Shown here: positions 9,738 to 18,791 of the stretch, one piece after another
How the letters are laid out: every line of letters begins with the position of its first letter
How positions within the stretch are numbered: position 1 is the first letter of the stretch
Assembly (NCBI GenBank): GCA_963827295.1
Contig: CAWHAI010000017.1
Location: 1-61,125, forward strand
Reading direction: 5' to 3'
Origin: an uncultured Chloroflexia bacterium
Lineage (GTDB): Bacteria; Chloroflexota; Dehalococcoidia; SZUA-161
Length of the DNA: 61,125 nt
Notes under the pieces: model-generated
Told to the model about the DNA's origin: nothing
Databases searched by the model: none
The model's input: the letters and a program-made list of their open reading frames with translations, nothing else
Position numbers and translations under genes: made by a program

Positions 9738-10623
9738 CTAAACGAGCAGTAAGGATAGCTCTTCGTTGTTAACAAGGCGCTGTTCAAGTTTTCGCAATTC
9801 ATTTTCTTCAATTCCACTCAAAGCTTTTGCTGCTTGATCGATTACGAGCTTGACCACTTGTTGAGTTTTGGATTCATGCCTTTCAGTATATTGCTCCAGT
9901 AACTCGTGTACCTTTTTGTAGGGGTCCTGTAATTTTTGTCTCCTAATTGTTTCCTTCTCCGGTTCTGCTCCGCTTTTAGTTCTTCTAGCACATGATTGTC
10001 AACCCAGAAAGATATCTCGGCTAGCATCTTATCGATTAATTCGTCAAATTGTTGCTGCGTCTTTAGCTTAGGTACCCAGTCGGGAGTCGCGACCCTTGAA
10101 TAATAATCTCCTACCAACCAACCTAGTTTTGCTTGAAATATCTCTTGCAGTTGAGCAAAACGTGTGGCAAGACAGATATCATATTGGTCTGACTTTATCG
10201 CCACAGAGAGTGCTAGAAATGTCACATGAGGGGTAGCAATCTCTAGTTTGGGGTCTCAGCTAAATAGAAGTATTCAGGGAGATTGTTATTAAGTAGCTTA
10301 ATCAAAAAATCCCTGAGGTAATAACGCTTCTCGTTAGAGCAAAGTTTGCCGTCTTTTCTAAGGAATACTCTGGTGCTTCTCAAGTTCACGCTTTATTAGT
10401 GTATCTAACGGTCTAACAGCAGCGAGCGTTAAGTATCTGGCTTTGCATCTTCCGTCGCGGCGGAAAAGGTCACAGTTTTAGTGAGGACCATCAAATAGTG
10501 ATAGTCCGAATTATTGGCGTAGTGAGGGTGAAATTGTTGTAACACTTGACGTAGTTCATCAGAGACTTTGAGCAAATCGCCTTGCTGTAAATCGTCCTCA
10601 GGTCGCTTATAGGTAAAATGCAT
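9738..10623 (-). pseudogene. hypothetical protein, third gene of the island operon (at least 3 frame breaks)
   Basis: N-terminus MHFTYKRPEDDLQQGDLL..YLMVLT, then CDLFRRDG.., ..LPEYFYLAETP, ..HVTFLALSVAIK..YYSRVATPDW and a coiled-coil tail. These can be chained only by shifting frames near 10470, 10370, 10250 and 9960. Confidence 0.5.
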
Positions 10624-10643
10624 GTCGTAATCCTAATTTACCT

Positions 10644-10904
10644 TCATTTCAGCCTTCTAAGGCGTGTATTAAGCTTCACAAATATACGCCGCTCTAGCTC
10701 TCGCCGGATATCGATTTGGAATTTCAGAGCTTGCTGGGATTTTGCATTTACACTATCGGCATGTAGTCTTCCTTCGATTTCAGCGGAGTTGGCGGGGCAG
10801 TCGGTAGTGTCATTTTGTATAGGCTGTCTTAAATGACTCTTCTCACGGGTTTGATAATCTCCAGTTGGAATCGGCAAACTTGTGATATTCTCCTCTTTTT
10901 TCAT
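10644..10904 (-). CDS. hypothetical protein (86 aa), second gene of the island operon
   Basis: Its ATG overlaps the upstream stop (ATGA coupling at 10901-10904). AT-rich, with no recognisable motif. Confidence 0.4.
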   Translation of the reverse strand: MKKEENITSLPIPTGDYQTREKSHLRQPIQNDTTDCPANSAEIEGRLHADSVNAKSQQALKFQIDIRRELERRIFVKLNTRLRRLK

Positions 10905-11525
10905 TGGTCACCCTCCACAGGAATTTCAAATACCTGCTCGAGAACTGACTTAGTTTTCGTTCGGTGATTTAGGATTTTACCGTTAATATGGTTCTTTGCC
11001 GAAATAGTAGTTGGTGTATCTGAATGAAAATTAAACTTCATGAATAGTTCTCCATCTTTAATTTGAGCAGAGAGTCTGAGTTGTTGGCCCTTTATGCTTC
11101 AAAATCCACATGAATTCTCTAGATTGGATTATCAATTGCTGGCTAGCAAAAAGCTCCCCGTGAGCACTTGGGAACTGTCTAAGTAGCTCTGGAAGTGCGG
11201 GAGCGATCCGATACCCGAAATTGATACCCACGTTAGTTACTGGAGTATGAGTTAGGAGATCTAGGATAGTACATGCTATCTGCTCCATTCGTAGTAAGGT
11301 GGAGTCATCTAAATCAGCCGGCGCAAGAATTAAACTAGATTGAGTTGGAATCAAAGTGACCTTGTTGGCTGTTATTCTTCGTGGCATCCCGGGAACCATC
11401 CCGAACTCGAGGCCTATTTCTTGTGTTTGGAAAACGTTTTGCGCAAGCCATTCTGGACTGAATATAGCTGTATTCCATTTCCCAAGAATCACTATTGTCC
11501 AATGATCCCTGACTGCTTCCAGCAT
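10901..11525 (-). CDS. hypothetical protein, first gene of the island operon (one frame break near 11085)
   Basis: The 155-aa ORF (MLEAVRDHWTIVILGKWNTAIFSPEWL..) continues as GQQLRLSAQIKDGELFMKFNFHSD..PVEGDQ after a shift at the aaaggg/ccc run. Confidence 0.5.
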
Positions 11526-11916
11526 TCTGTTTTCTCCTGTGACGATATCAGCCTATGGGACGTATCTGAACACAGCTTAGTATAGAATTGAGCCCAAGCT
11601 AGCCAAACCAGAAGTAACCTTATACAACCATGTCAGTAGTGAAAATTTGCCTTGCGACATTCTATTTGGTATGTACAAGAATTTCAAGCTATAGGATGAT
11701 TCACATAAAAATGTTTATGGCAGTTCCTATAGCTGAAATCTTTGTGACTTATGAAGATTATATTATATACTCCCATAGGAATCAAGGGCGGGAGATTGCT
11801 TCGTCCGCCAGAGGCGGGCTCACAATGACATGGGGGCTATTTCAGGAGGCGGCGGCGCATCATGAACAGGGCGAGGGGGAAGAAGACGGCGATAAGGCCG
11901 ATGATGATGGCAAGGC

Positions 11917-11934
11917 CAGAATGACCCACTACCC
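11917..11934 (+). repeat. island-border motif CCAGAWTGACCCACTACC
   Basis: ccagaatgacccactacc. 17/18 identical to the reverse complement of 32404-32421, and its core is shared with 30419-30432. Confidence 0.6.
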
Positions 11935-11948
11935 CCGGCAAGTTCAAC

Positions 11949-11977
11949 TTGACAAAATGCACAAAAGGTGCTATATT
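11949..11977 (+). promoter_or_regulatory. sigma70-like promoter of structured RNA copy 1
   Basis: TTGACA (11949-11954), 17-nt spacer, TATATT (11972-11977). Conserved in copy 2. Confidence 0.55.
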
Positions 11978-11983
11978 ATTAGA

Positions 11984-12105
11984 TAGCCTCGGGTGGGCAA
12001 ACCAGTAAGAATGGCCAATCCGCAGGAGGACCTGAGTAGGAGACCAAAGGGGCCGGAGATGGCGGATAGGTTAGAGAGACTGGGGAGATCACCTGAGGTT
12101 TTTTT
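11984..12105 (+). ncRNA. unassigned structured small RNA / leader, copy 1
   Basis: A 9-bp closing stem (cctcgggtg / cacctgagg, one G-U) is followed by T7. Nested helices CCAGU/ACUGG and AUCCGC/GCGGAU. About 4 differences from the reverse complement of 32516-32639. Confidence 0.55.
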
Positions 12106-12405
12106 ATGTCCAGCGTTCCTTTAATAACCCCTCTATTTTGGTAGATTCAGTGTGTCCACAATTTGACAAACTCGTGTGCGTGAAGTAATATCCCAGCAGA
12201 TGCAGGGTACCCAGTTGTTCTCCTCTCCTACTGTGTCAGAAGCTAGAGACTCGTAACCATAGTAGACATACAGCACCCCTAGCGTGCGCCTGATGGGTGG
12301 GCTGTCCTAGTCCCTGCACCAGTTTTAGTTCCAACATTACATGAGTAGGTTGCCCCTACTCAGCCAGTGAAGTCTAATTTCGTATAACATGGAGGTGGGG
12401 ATAAG

Positions 12406-12633
12406 ATGAAAGTGCTCAGCTACGATTGCATTGACCGGCATCATCTTATAGTCAGATGTCCCGAATGTGGCAAGGGGATGGCAATGGTAACTTGCAAAGA
12501 AGATTTCAATGGCATCGCGGAGGCTAATTGCAGTGAATGCAATGCACTTCTGGCTTTCTATCTCATAATGAAAGAGCGCAAAGCCTGGATGTTAGGCATG
12601 CCGATTGAGATGGTAACCAAGCAATTAACATAG
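12406..12633 (+). CDS. small zinc-ribbon protein, hypothetical
   Basis: 75 aa with CPECGK...CSECN. GGAGGTGGGG SD. Lies downstream of RNA copy 1. Confidence 0.5.
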   Translation: MKVLSYDCIDRHHLIVRCPECGKGMAMVTCKEDFNGIAEANCSECNALLAFYLIMKERKAWMLGMPIEMVTKQLT

Positions 12634-12767
12634 TCGCCCCTTATAAATGAGTAGCCACGATAGTCAACCTAAAACCTGCTGCTGGTTCAGCAAAAGATAA
12701 CCTCGATAGAGCCAAATCGGAAATGGAGCGTGTCATTCTTCCTGAAGAAGGACTGCAATGACATGGT

Positions 12768-13020
12768 GTAGGGGCACGGTGCACCGTGCCCCTACGGGTT
12801 GGAGCGGATGCTCCAACCTACCCAGGAGAGTGATAGGCCCTTTAAGAGGCTCAGGACAGGCTCTCCCGTCAAGGGAGAGGGAAAAGGGCGATCCGATGGG
12901 TCGCCCCTACGGGTTCACCCTTCGACAGGCCCTTCGGCAAGCTCAGGACAGGCTCAGGGCGGACGGATGCTAATCCCCCTTATCCCCCTTAAAGGGGAGC
13001 CGCTACAGCCCCCGCAGCTA
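12768..13020. repeat. cluster of REP-like hairpins (family B)
   Basis: gtaggggcacggtgcaccgtgcccctac, gggttggagcggatgctccaacc, gggcgatccgatgggtcgcccc and other GC palindromes back to back. Confidence 0.7.
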
Positions 13021-13099
13021 TATCCGTTGACAATAAGCTACTGCTAGTTTATTGTACGAGTGGAGCGGCGGAGGTAATAATGTTTCGTCGGAGGTTGAA

Positions 13100-14414
13100 A
13101 TGGTAAGCCGAACCCCAAAGCGTATTCATCGCGTAGTGATGACCCTGGCTGTAGTTACTTTGCTGGTGATAGCCGTGGCTTCGCTTTCAGCCTGTCAAGA
13201 GGAGCCGGTTAAAACAGCAGCCGAATTTCATCTATATAACCTTCAAATAACTCCCCACGATGTTCAAGTTGGTCAGCAAGTAACCATCAGCTATAGGGTT
13301 GAGAATTCTGGAGGCACCGGAGGCACCTATCTGGTAAGCCTCAACTTGAATGGTACGGTTTATAGCCAGGATGATCTCTCCCATGTTATTGGGTTGACGG
13401 CTGCTGAGGGGTTTTCTATTGAGGCGTATCAGTCCTACAATGTAAGCTTCAACCTCGCCGCACGCTATGTCGGCAACAACACCATAAGTCTGGCTGATAT
13501 CGTGGATCCACCACAGATGTCTCCGGAGAACCTACGTTGGAGGAGGCCTATGGCGTAAGTGGGGAGTTTGTTGTTTCACCTGCAACAACACCTACGCCTA
13601 CACCGACTCCTACTCCTACGCCCACACCTACACCTTCACCATCGCCTTCAACGAGCGCAACTCCGACTGAGAGTCCACCTCCAGCTTCAACCACTCCAAG
13701 CCCGACTCCAACCCAGACCCCAACTCCAACACCTGCAACCCTGGAGACATGGGGCGCGGAAGCTTACGCCCAATTGTCTGATGAGTATTATTCTCCGCCC
13801 TCGTGGTCTGTCTTAACTGACAAGAGCAGTGTACGTGAAGATCAAAATTGCCAGCCGGCGCTATTTTACAGTAGCTTTCTCGCTATGAATGCCAAAGTTC
13901 ATTTGAAAATTAAGGTCTTGAAAGAATATGAGCTTGACGATGACTACATAGGTTTTGCCTTGGGCTTTCACCCGGAAGACACGAATAATCACAGTGCTGA
14001 TTACCTTCTTATCGATTGGAAGAGCAATTTCCCCGGTGAGAGCCTCGATCATAATTTCGGGGGCCCTTCTTGCGGCCCAGGGGGACTGGCGAAAGAGGGT
14101 TTAGCGGTATCCCGCGTCACAGGTATACCCACAGCCGACGAGTTCTGGCAGCATACTGACCAGGACGTTACTTGTTCCCGAAAGGGGAGGGGGTAACCGA
14201 GATTGATCGTGCAGCGACCTTAAAAAGTACTGGCTGGGTACTTGATCATGAGTATGATTTCAGTTTTGAGTTCAATGAAACTTCGTTGAAGGTCTATGTG
14301 GATGGGGTTCTCGAGATAAATATTTCGGGTAGTTTCAGTGATGGAAGGTTGGCGTTCTACAATTTCTCGCAGGCAGGGGTCACCTATAGTATCTCTGCAA
14401 CGAGCACTCTATAG
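13100..14414 (+). CDS. membrane-anchored surface protein: CARDB-like domain, Pro/Thr linker, LamG/jelly-roll-like domain (2 frame breaks)
   Basis: N-terminal TM segment. VGQQVTISYRVENSGGTGG. (TP)n/SP linker at 13575-13745. DDDYIGFALGF..DYLLIDWK. Frames switch near 13500 and 14180 (ggggaggggg run). Confidence 0.6.
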
Positions 14415-14441
14415 TACTCAGGCTCACCGCATGTACATTTA

Positions 14442-14495
14442 AGGGGCGGTTCACGAACCGCCCCTGGTGGTAGCATCCGCTCCAACCTCCCCCGT
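14442..14495. repeat. REP-like hairpin plus inverted sub-unit (family B), possible terminator
   Basis: aggggcggttc-ac-gaaccgcccct lies 28 nt after the stop. tagcatccgctccaacc is the reverse complement of ggttggagcggatgcta at 12797. Confidence 0.5.
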
Positions 14496-14510
14496 TAGGA
14501 ACTTCGGGTC

Positions 14511-15120
14511 TCAGAAGCCCAGCTTCTCTTTTACCAGGATAGTGGATATACGTTGCGGTGCGGCTTCCCGTTCATAGATTACTATCTTGCCGATGAAGGT
14601 GCCCGTCGCGCCTATCTTTTTCATCCTGGCGTCTTCCAAAGGGACGCAGTGTTCGTGAAGCCGTTTCAGCGCCATATCCAGGTCGGAGACTACCTTGTTG
14701 AGCCCACCACCCAGATCACATTCTTAGCACTGAATACGTAGCCTCCCTGGCGGCTGCCCCAGGCGTCTGTGCCCAGCACCTGCCCTGTCTCGGTTATCGC
14801 CTGGACGCTGCCGAGGAAGTATTCGGAGAGAGTTGCGGCACGCCGCAGGTCTACTGCTTTTGAGGGTCTTTTTCAGCGAAAACCTTATCTTTTAAGTTTC
14901 GCCAGGGGTGTTTGTTGCTGGCGAGAAGGTCGATGAAGCCTATCTCTTCGAGGGTTGTGGAGCCGCCGGTCATTACCTCGGAACCGGCGGGAATCATCTG
15001 CTTCAATTTTTCCAGAGCACTCTGTCTGTCCGGCACGACCACGGGGTTGAAGTTGCGTTCTCGCATGCCGGCGAGGAGCTTCTCGATTGTGGGCTGGTCT
15101 GGTATTTTGTCCCAATTCAT
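14511..15120 (-). CDS. LUD (lactate-utilisation, DUF162) domain protein (2 frame breaks)
   Basis: N-terminus MNWDKIPDQPTIEKLLAGMRERNF..GGSTTLEEIGF. Then YFLGSVQAITETGQVL..AKNVIWVVG..FIGKIVIYE in shifted frames (near 14850 and 14700). Confidence 0.6.
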
Positions 15121-15138
15121 AGCTTCACCCCCCCTTGC

Positions 15139-15160
15139 GAGAGCGTTTGCAAACGCTCTC
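15139..15160. promoter_or_regulatory. perfect 22-bp palindrome upstream of the LUD gene
   Basis: gagagcgtttgcaaacgctctc equals its own reverse complement. It ends 18 nt upstream of the ATG and abuts the G-rich SD. Confidence 0.35.
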
Positions 15161-15161
15161 A

Positions 15162-15258
15162 TCAACCCCCTGAATCCCCAAATCTTGGGGGATTATGAAA
15201 AAGTTGGGGGACACCCCCAATGCCCCTGGCAAAGGGGCTACGCCCCTCTGCACACCCC
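15162..15258 (+). repeat. triple-hairpin repeat (family A, copy 3)
   Basis: tcaaccccctgaatccccaaatcttggggga..ttgggggacacccccaa..aaaggggctacgcccctctgcacacccc. Confidence 0.8.
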
Positions 15259-15298
15259 GTTTGGCGGGATACTGTTTTTTGGAGTAGAGGGCTATTTC

Positions 15299-15357
15299 TT
15301 GAACCCTCTGAGTCGCCCCAGTCTTGAGGGAGTTAAAAACCGGGGGCTACCCCCATC
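15299..15357 (+). repeat. family A partial/degenerate copy
   Basis: ttgaaccctctgagtcgccccagtcttgaggga..cgggggctaccccca. The first two hairpins are recognisable. Confidence 0.5.
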
Positions 15358-15414
15358 CTTCACTTGTGCAGGACAGGCAAAGTGTCCTGCCCTTACGCAC
15401 TAGATTATGTTAAG

Positions 15415-15866
15415 TTAGGATTTGCCCCGGTGCGGTTGCAGGAGGGCGAAGCCGCTTGCCTTGTCTTTGATGCGCGCCACTTTAGCGCCGAGGATTTCGT
15501 AGAGGATGGCCTCTCCCACGACCCAAGTGGTGACGCCGGGTCGCGGCAGCCGGTCATGGTTGCCCAGCCCTTCCCAGCGCAGCGTGGATGTGCAGGACAG
15601 GCTTGCCGTCCTCGCCGGGGGCGAGCACTCCTACCCCCGCTACTTCGTGAGCGCCGTCTATGGGCAGTAGCATCGGCTCAGGCGGCATTTTATGGGAATA
15701 CCGGGGGCCGACCACAATCTGGCCCTCTCCGAGCCCGCCCACCAGGATAACGTGGCCCACATATACCTTTCTCCTGCGCGAATTTTTCTATACATTTGGG
15801 GAGCACATCGCCGTCCTCAAGTCTGATCACGAAAACCCGTCCCAGCCGGCCTTCACACGCCTTCAT
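15415..15866 (-). CDS. PPC (DUF296) domain protein (2 frame breaks)
   Basis: MKACEGRLGRVFVIRLEDGD.., then ..GHVILVGGLGEGQIV..GKPVLHIHAALG.., then ..TTWVVGEAILYEI, chained across frames near 15765 and 15555. Confidence 0.5.
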
Positions 15867-15887
15867 GAGTGGCCTCCTTAAGCTTAA

Positions 15888-15978
15888 TCAACCCCCTAAG
15901 TCCCCCAGTCTTGGGGGATTGAAAAAATTTGGGGGACACCCCCAAGTCCCCCAGCAGGAGGTGTCCTGCACCTCTGGG
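15888..15978 (+). repeat. triple-hairpin repeat (family A, copy 4)
   Basis: tcaaccccctaagtcccccagtcttggggga..tttgggggacacccccaag..gcaggaggtgtcctgc (variant third hairpin). Confidence 0.8.
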
Positions 15979-15994
15979 AGCGCTTTTGGCTTAG

Positions 15995-16085
15995 TCAACC
16001 CCCTGAATCACCCCGTCTTGGGGGATTATAAGAAGTGGGGGATGCCCCCAAGTCCCCCGGCAGGAGGTGTCCTGCCCCTCGGCAC
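15995..16085 (+). repeat. triple-hairpin repeat (family A, copy 5)
   Basis: tcaaccccctgaatcaccccgtcttggggga..gtgggggatgcccccaag..ggcaggaggtgtcctgcc, in tandem with copy 4. Confidence 0.8.
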
Positions 16086-16213
16086 TCTATGCGTAGGGGC
16101 TTGCCCAGATTGTATCAGCGAGCTAGAAGATGGGCAAGGGTGGGAAAGACCACGTGCTTGACGAACCAGGGGCAATCTGCTATTTTGCGCTAGGAGATAG
16201 CAGGGAGGCAAAG

Positions 16214-16618
16214 ATGAGCGAAGAGAAAAAGCCTGAAGAGATAAAGGGAGATAGGACAAAGGGAGATAAGACAAAGAGCAGCACGGGGCTTGAGTCGAAC
16301 ATAGCCGGGCTGCTTTCGTATGTGCTGGGCTGGATAACCGGGCTGATATTCTTTTTGCTGGAGGAGAAGGACGAATATGTCCGCTATCATGCCATGCAGT
16401 CCATCATCGTTTTCGGTGCGGTAACGGTGGTTGAGATTGTCCTCGAGCTCTTCGGGTTGATTCCCTACGTCGATGTTGTGTTTCTGGCGCTTCAGGGGCT
16501 GGTGGGACTCTTCGCCTTCGTGCTCTGGGTTGTGCTCATGGTGAAAGCCTACCAGGGGGTGCGCTACAAGATACGCTGGGCCGGCGAGCTTGCTGAGAAG
16601 TATTCGGCAAAAAAGTGA
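16214..16618 (+). CDS. DUF4870-like small membrane protein
   Basis: Lys/Glu-rich N-terminus, then LLSYVLGWITGLIFFLLE..YVRYHAMQS and further TM helices. AGGGAGG SD before the ATG at 16214. Confidence 0.5.
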   Translation: MSEEKKPEEIKGDRTKGDKTKSSTGLESNIAGLLSYVLGWITGLIFFLLEEKDEYVRYHAMQSIIVFGAVTVVEIVLELFGLIPYVDVVFLALQGLVGLFAFVLWVVLMVKAYQGVRYKIRWAGELAEKYSAKK

Positions 16619-16630
16619 AATCATGGCGCT

Positions 16631-16855
16631 GTGAGAAACGCTATGGCAGTTACTAGAATAAAACCCCGGAGGAAGCTGCTTGAGCCAGGATGGGCGGGGC
16701 AGCTCTCGGATAGCGAGATAGAATTCATCCAGCGAGAGCTTAAACGGTCCCCGACGCTTGTGGCAGAAGATGGGGTTATAAGACGGTCTATGGTGAGGGG
16801 GGTGCCCATACCTGCTTCTACCATACGCCGTATCGCCATACACGGACTATCATAG
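16631..16855 (+). CDS. hypothetical protein (weak call)
   Basis: 74-aa ORF with no motif and a weak SD. Confidence 0.25.
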   Translation: MRNAMAVTRIKPRRKLLEPGWAGQLSDSEIEFIQRELKRSPTLVAEDGVIRRSMVRGVPIPASTIRRIAIHGLS

Positions 16856-16898
16856 GTGCGCAGGAAGCTACTTAGACCTCTGAATCAATCCCCAGGTG

Positions 16899-17176
16899 CT
16901 ACGGCTGGTCCTTTTTGAAGAAGCGGAAATAGAGTAGCAGAGCTGCGATCAGGATGGCTAGCGATACCAGGTTGGCGGCGATTACTATAGGGTCCCTCAG
17001 GTGTGCTCCATAGACAGCCCAAAGTACGACACCGGCGATGAACTGGATTATCATCAAAGGGCTGACGTCCTTCACTCAGACTTCGTCTGCCACATTTTTA
17101 CAGCCTGAGGCACGAAGCCGAAGCTGGTGAGAGTCGCTGCCACTGCGCCTAAAGCGTACCAAGCTGCGTCATTCAT
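16899..17176 (-). CDS. SemiSWEET / PQ-loop family transporter (1 frame break near 17085)
   Basis: MNDAAWYALGAVAATLTSFGFVPQAVKMWQTKS, then KDVSPLMIIQFIAGVVLWAVYG..DPIVIAANLVSL in the adjacent frame. Confidence 0.6.
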
Positions 17177-17396
17177 GACATTGAATAACATGCTAGACTG
17201 CTACCTGCTGACTGTCAAGGGCTTTTAATGGATGAGGCTGATGACTCGGAGAGGTAAAAGATGTAGAATATGGGGCAATGAAAAAAATTGGACGATTTTT
17301 AAGGCTGCTCTGGAAAGGTTCAGGGCACCTTCCAAGGAAGAGATGCGGCTGGAGCTGCCGCCCATCCCACCGATCTTTAGACGAAGGCCAGGGGAC

Positions 17397-18782
17397 ATGA
17401 TATTCCGCGTAACCAGGGTCAGACCGTGGCGATTTACTTTGCCGATAATCCGGAGGCCGAAAGCACCTGGCATGTCGTCCGGGTACTGGTATATGGCTTT
17501 GCTGGCATAATAGCGCTTGGCACCATTTGCTCATGTTACCCATATCGAGCAGAACAGGGCAGTTCATCTCTCCTGTTAATGCGCTGTTTACCTCCGCTTC
17601 GGCGGTATGTGTTACGGGGCTGGCCGTGGTGGATACGGGAACCTACTGGAGCTCCTTCGGCCAGGGGGTTATCCTGGTCTTGATTCAAATCGGAGGCCTA
17701 GGTTTATGACCAGCGCTACTCTCTTTTTATTGCTGTTGGGCCGCAGGATCGGGCTTCGGGAAAGGTGGCTCATCGGGCAGTCGCTGGGGTTGGAGGAGGC
17801 TGGGGGGCATGGTCAAGCTGGTTAGAAGAATTGTGGTTTTCACGTTGATAGTTGAGGCATCGGCGCTGTAATCTTCTATATTCGATTCTCTGTGGAAAAC
17901 CCAGCGGGAACAGCCGGATGGAGGGCGATATTTCACGCCGTTTCGGCCTTCAACAATTGCGGGTTAGACATCTTTGGCAACTTTCGGAGCTTGCTGGACT
18001 ACCAAGCGGATACAGCGGTGATACTAACGACCGCAGCACTTATTATTCTCGGTGGCATCAGCTTCGTAGTGGTGGCGGATATAATCAAGGTGCGCAGCTT
18101 CGGCAGGCTATCGCTCGATAGCAAGATAGTGCTGGTCACCACACTGGCGCTGCTGGTGGTGGGGACTATAGTTATTCTGCTCACGGAGTACTCAAACCCG
18201 GCTACGCTTGGCCCTCTTGCTACGCCTTATAAAGTACTCAATGCCTTTTTCCATGCTGTGACACCCCGAACTGCGGGCTTCTCCAGTATTAATATAGGCA
18301 GTATGGCAGCCTATTCGCAATTCTTCACCATACTTCTTATGTTCATCGGCGGGGCCGCAGGCTCGACCGCAGGAGGCATAAAAGTAAATACCTTCGGCAT
18401 GCTCATAGCCACAATCTGGAGCTCGATCAGGGGCAAGGAACATGCCGGAGCGTTCGGCAGGGAATTCTTAAGCCAGCAGATAAACCGGGCGCTGGCCCTG
18501 GTGATGTTGTCTCTGGCACTTATCGCTGTCGTAGTATTCGTGCTGACGATCACCGATAAGGGATTCACATTTCTACAGCTTCTGTTTGAGACAGTTTCCG
18601 CTTTCGGCACGGTGGGCCTGTCCACCGGTATAACCCCTGAGTTGTCGGTAGCAGGCCGGTTTATAATTACTGCTATGATGTTTATCGGGCGGCTGGGGCC
18701 TCTCATCCTGGCGTTGTCCCTGGCCCAGCGCCAGCAACCAAGTACATATCGGTATCCTCATGATGAGGTGAGGATAGGATAG
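17397..18782 (+). CDS. trkH: TrkH/KtrB-family potassium uptake membrane subunit (at least 4 frame breaks in the 5' third)
   Basis: FTSASAVCVTGL, IQIGGLG, HAVSAFNNCGL, TPRTAGFSS, GGAAGSTAGGIKV and VSAFGTVGLSTG pore-loop motifs. The 3' 296 codons are intact. The start is uncertain. Confidence 0.8.
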
Positions 18783-18791
18783 GAGAGGGAC

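Noticed and set aside
11837-11930. Minus-strand small hydrophobic, Arg-tailed peptide (..GHSGLAIIIGLIAVFFP/LALFMMRRRLLK*). It resembles a type I toxin or a C-terminal sorting signal and overlaps the border motif.
   Set aside because: It is readable only if a frameshift is assumed in the ccccc run. It has no convincing SD or start. It could be the tail of a truncated gene. Too speculative to call.
11984-12105. Assigning the two-copy structured RNA to SRP (4.5S) RNA, a cobalamin riboswitch, a c-di-GMP-I riboswitch, ykkC or 6S RNA.
   Set aside because: Only fragmentary resemblances exist (GGUCCGGA; AGUAGGAGACC versus the B12 box; GGGCAAACC versus GEMM-I). The diagnostic cores (GGAA tetraloop/AGCAG, GCCACUG, ACGCAAAGC and others) are absent. 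It stays unassigned pending cmscan.
13559-13816. 85-aa ORF rich in L/H/R/Q across the Pro/Thr linker of the surface protein.
   Set aside because: It is an alternative-frame reading of the (ACN CCN) low-complexity linker. The TPTPTP frame connects the flanking domains.
15888-16085. Tandem family A copies (also 4088-4322) considered as a possible CRISPR array.
   Set aside because: There are only two adjacent units. The units are ~95 nt with internal triple hairpins. There are no unique spacers of regular length and no cas genes.
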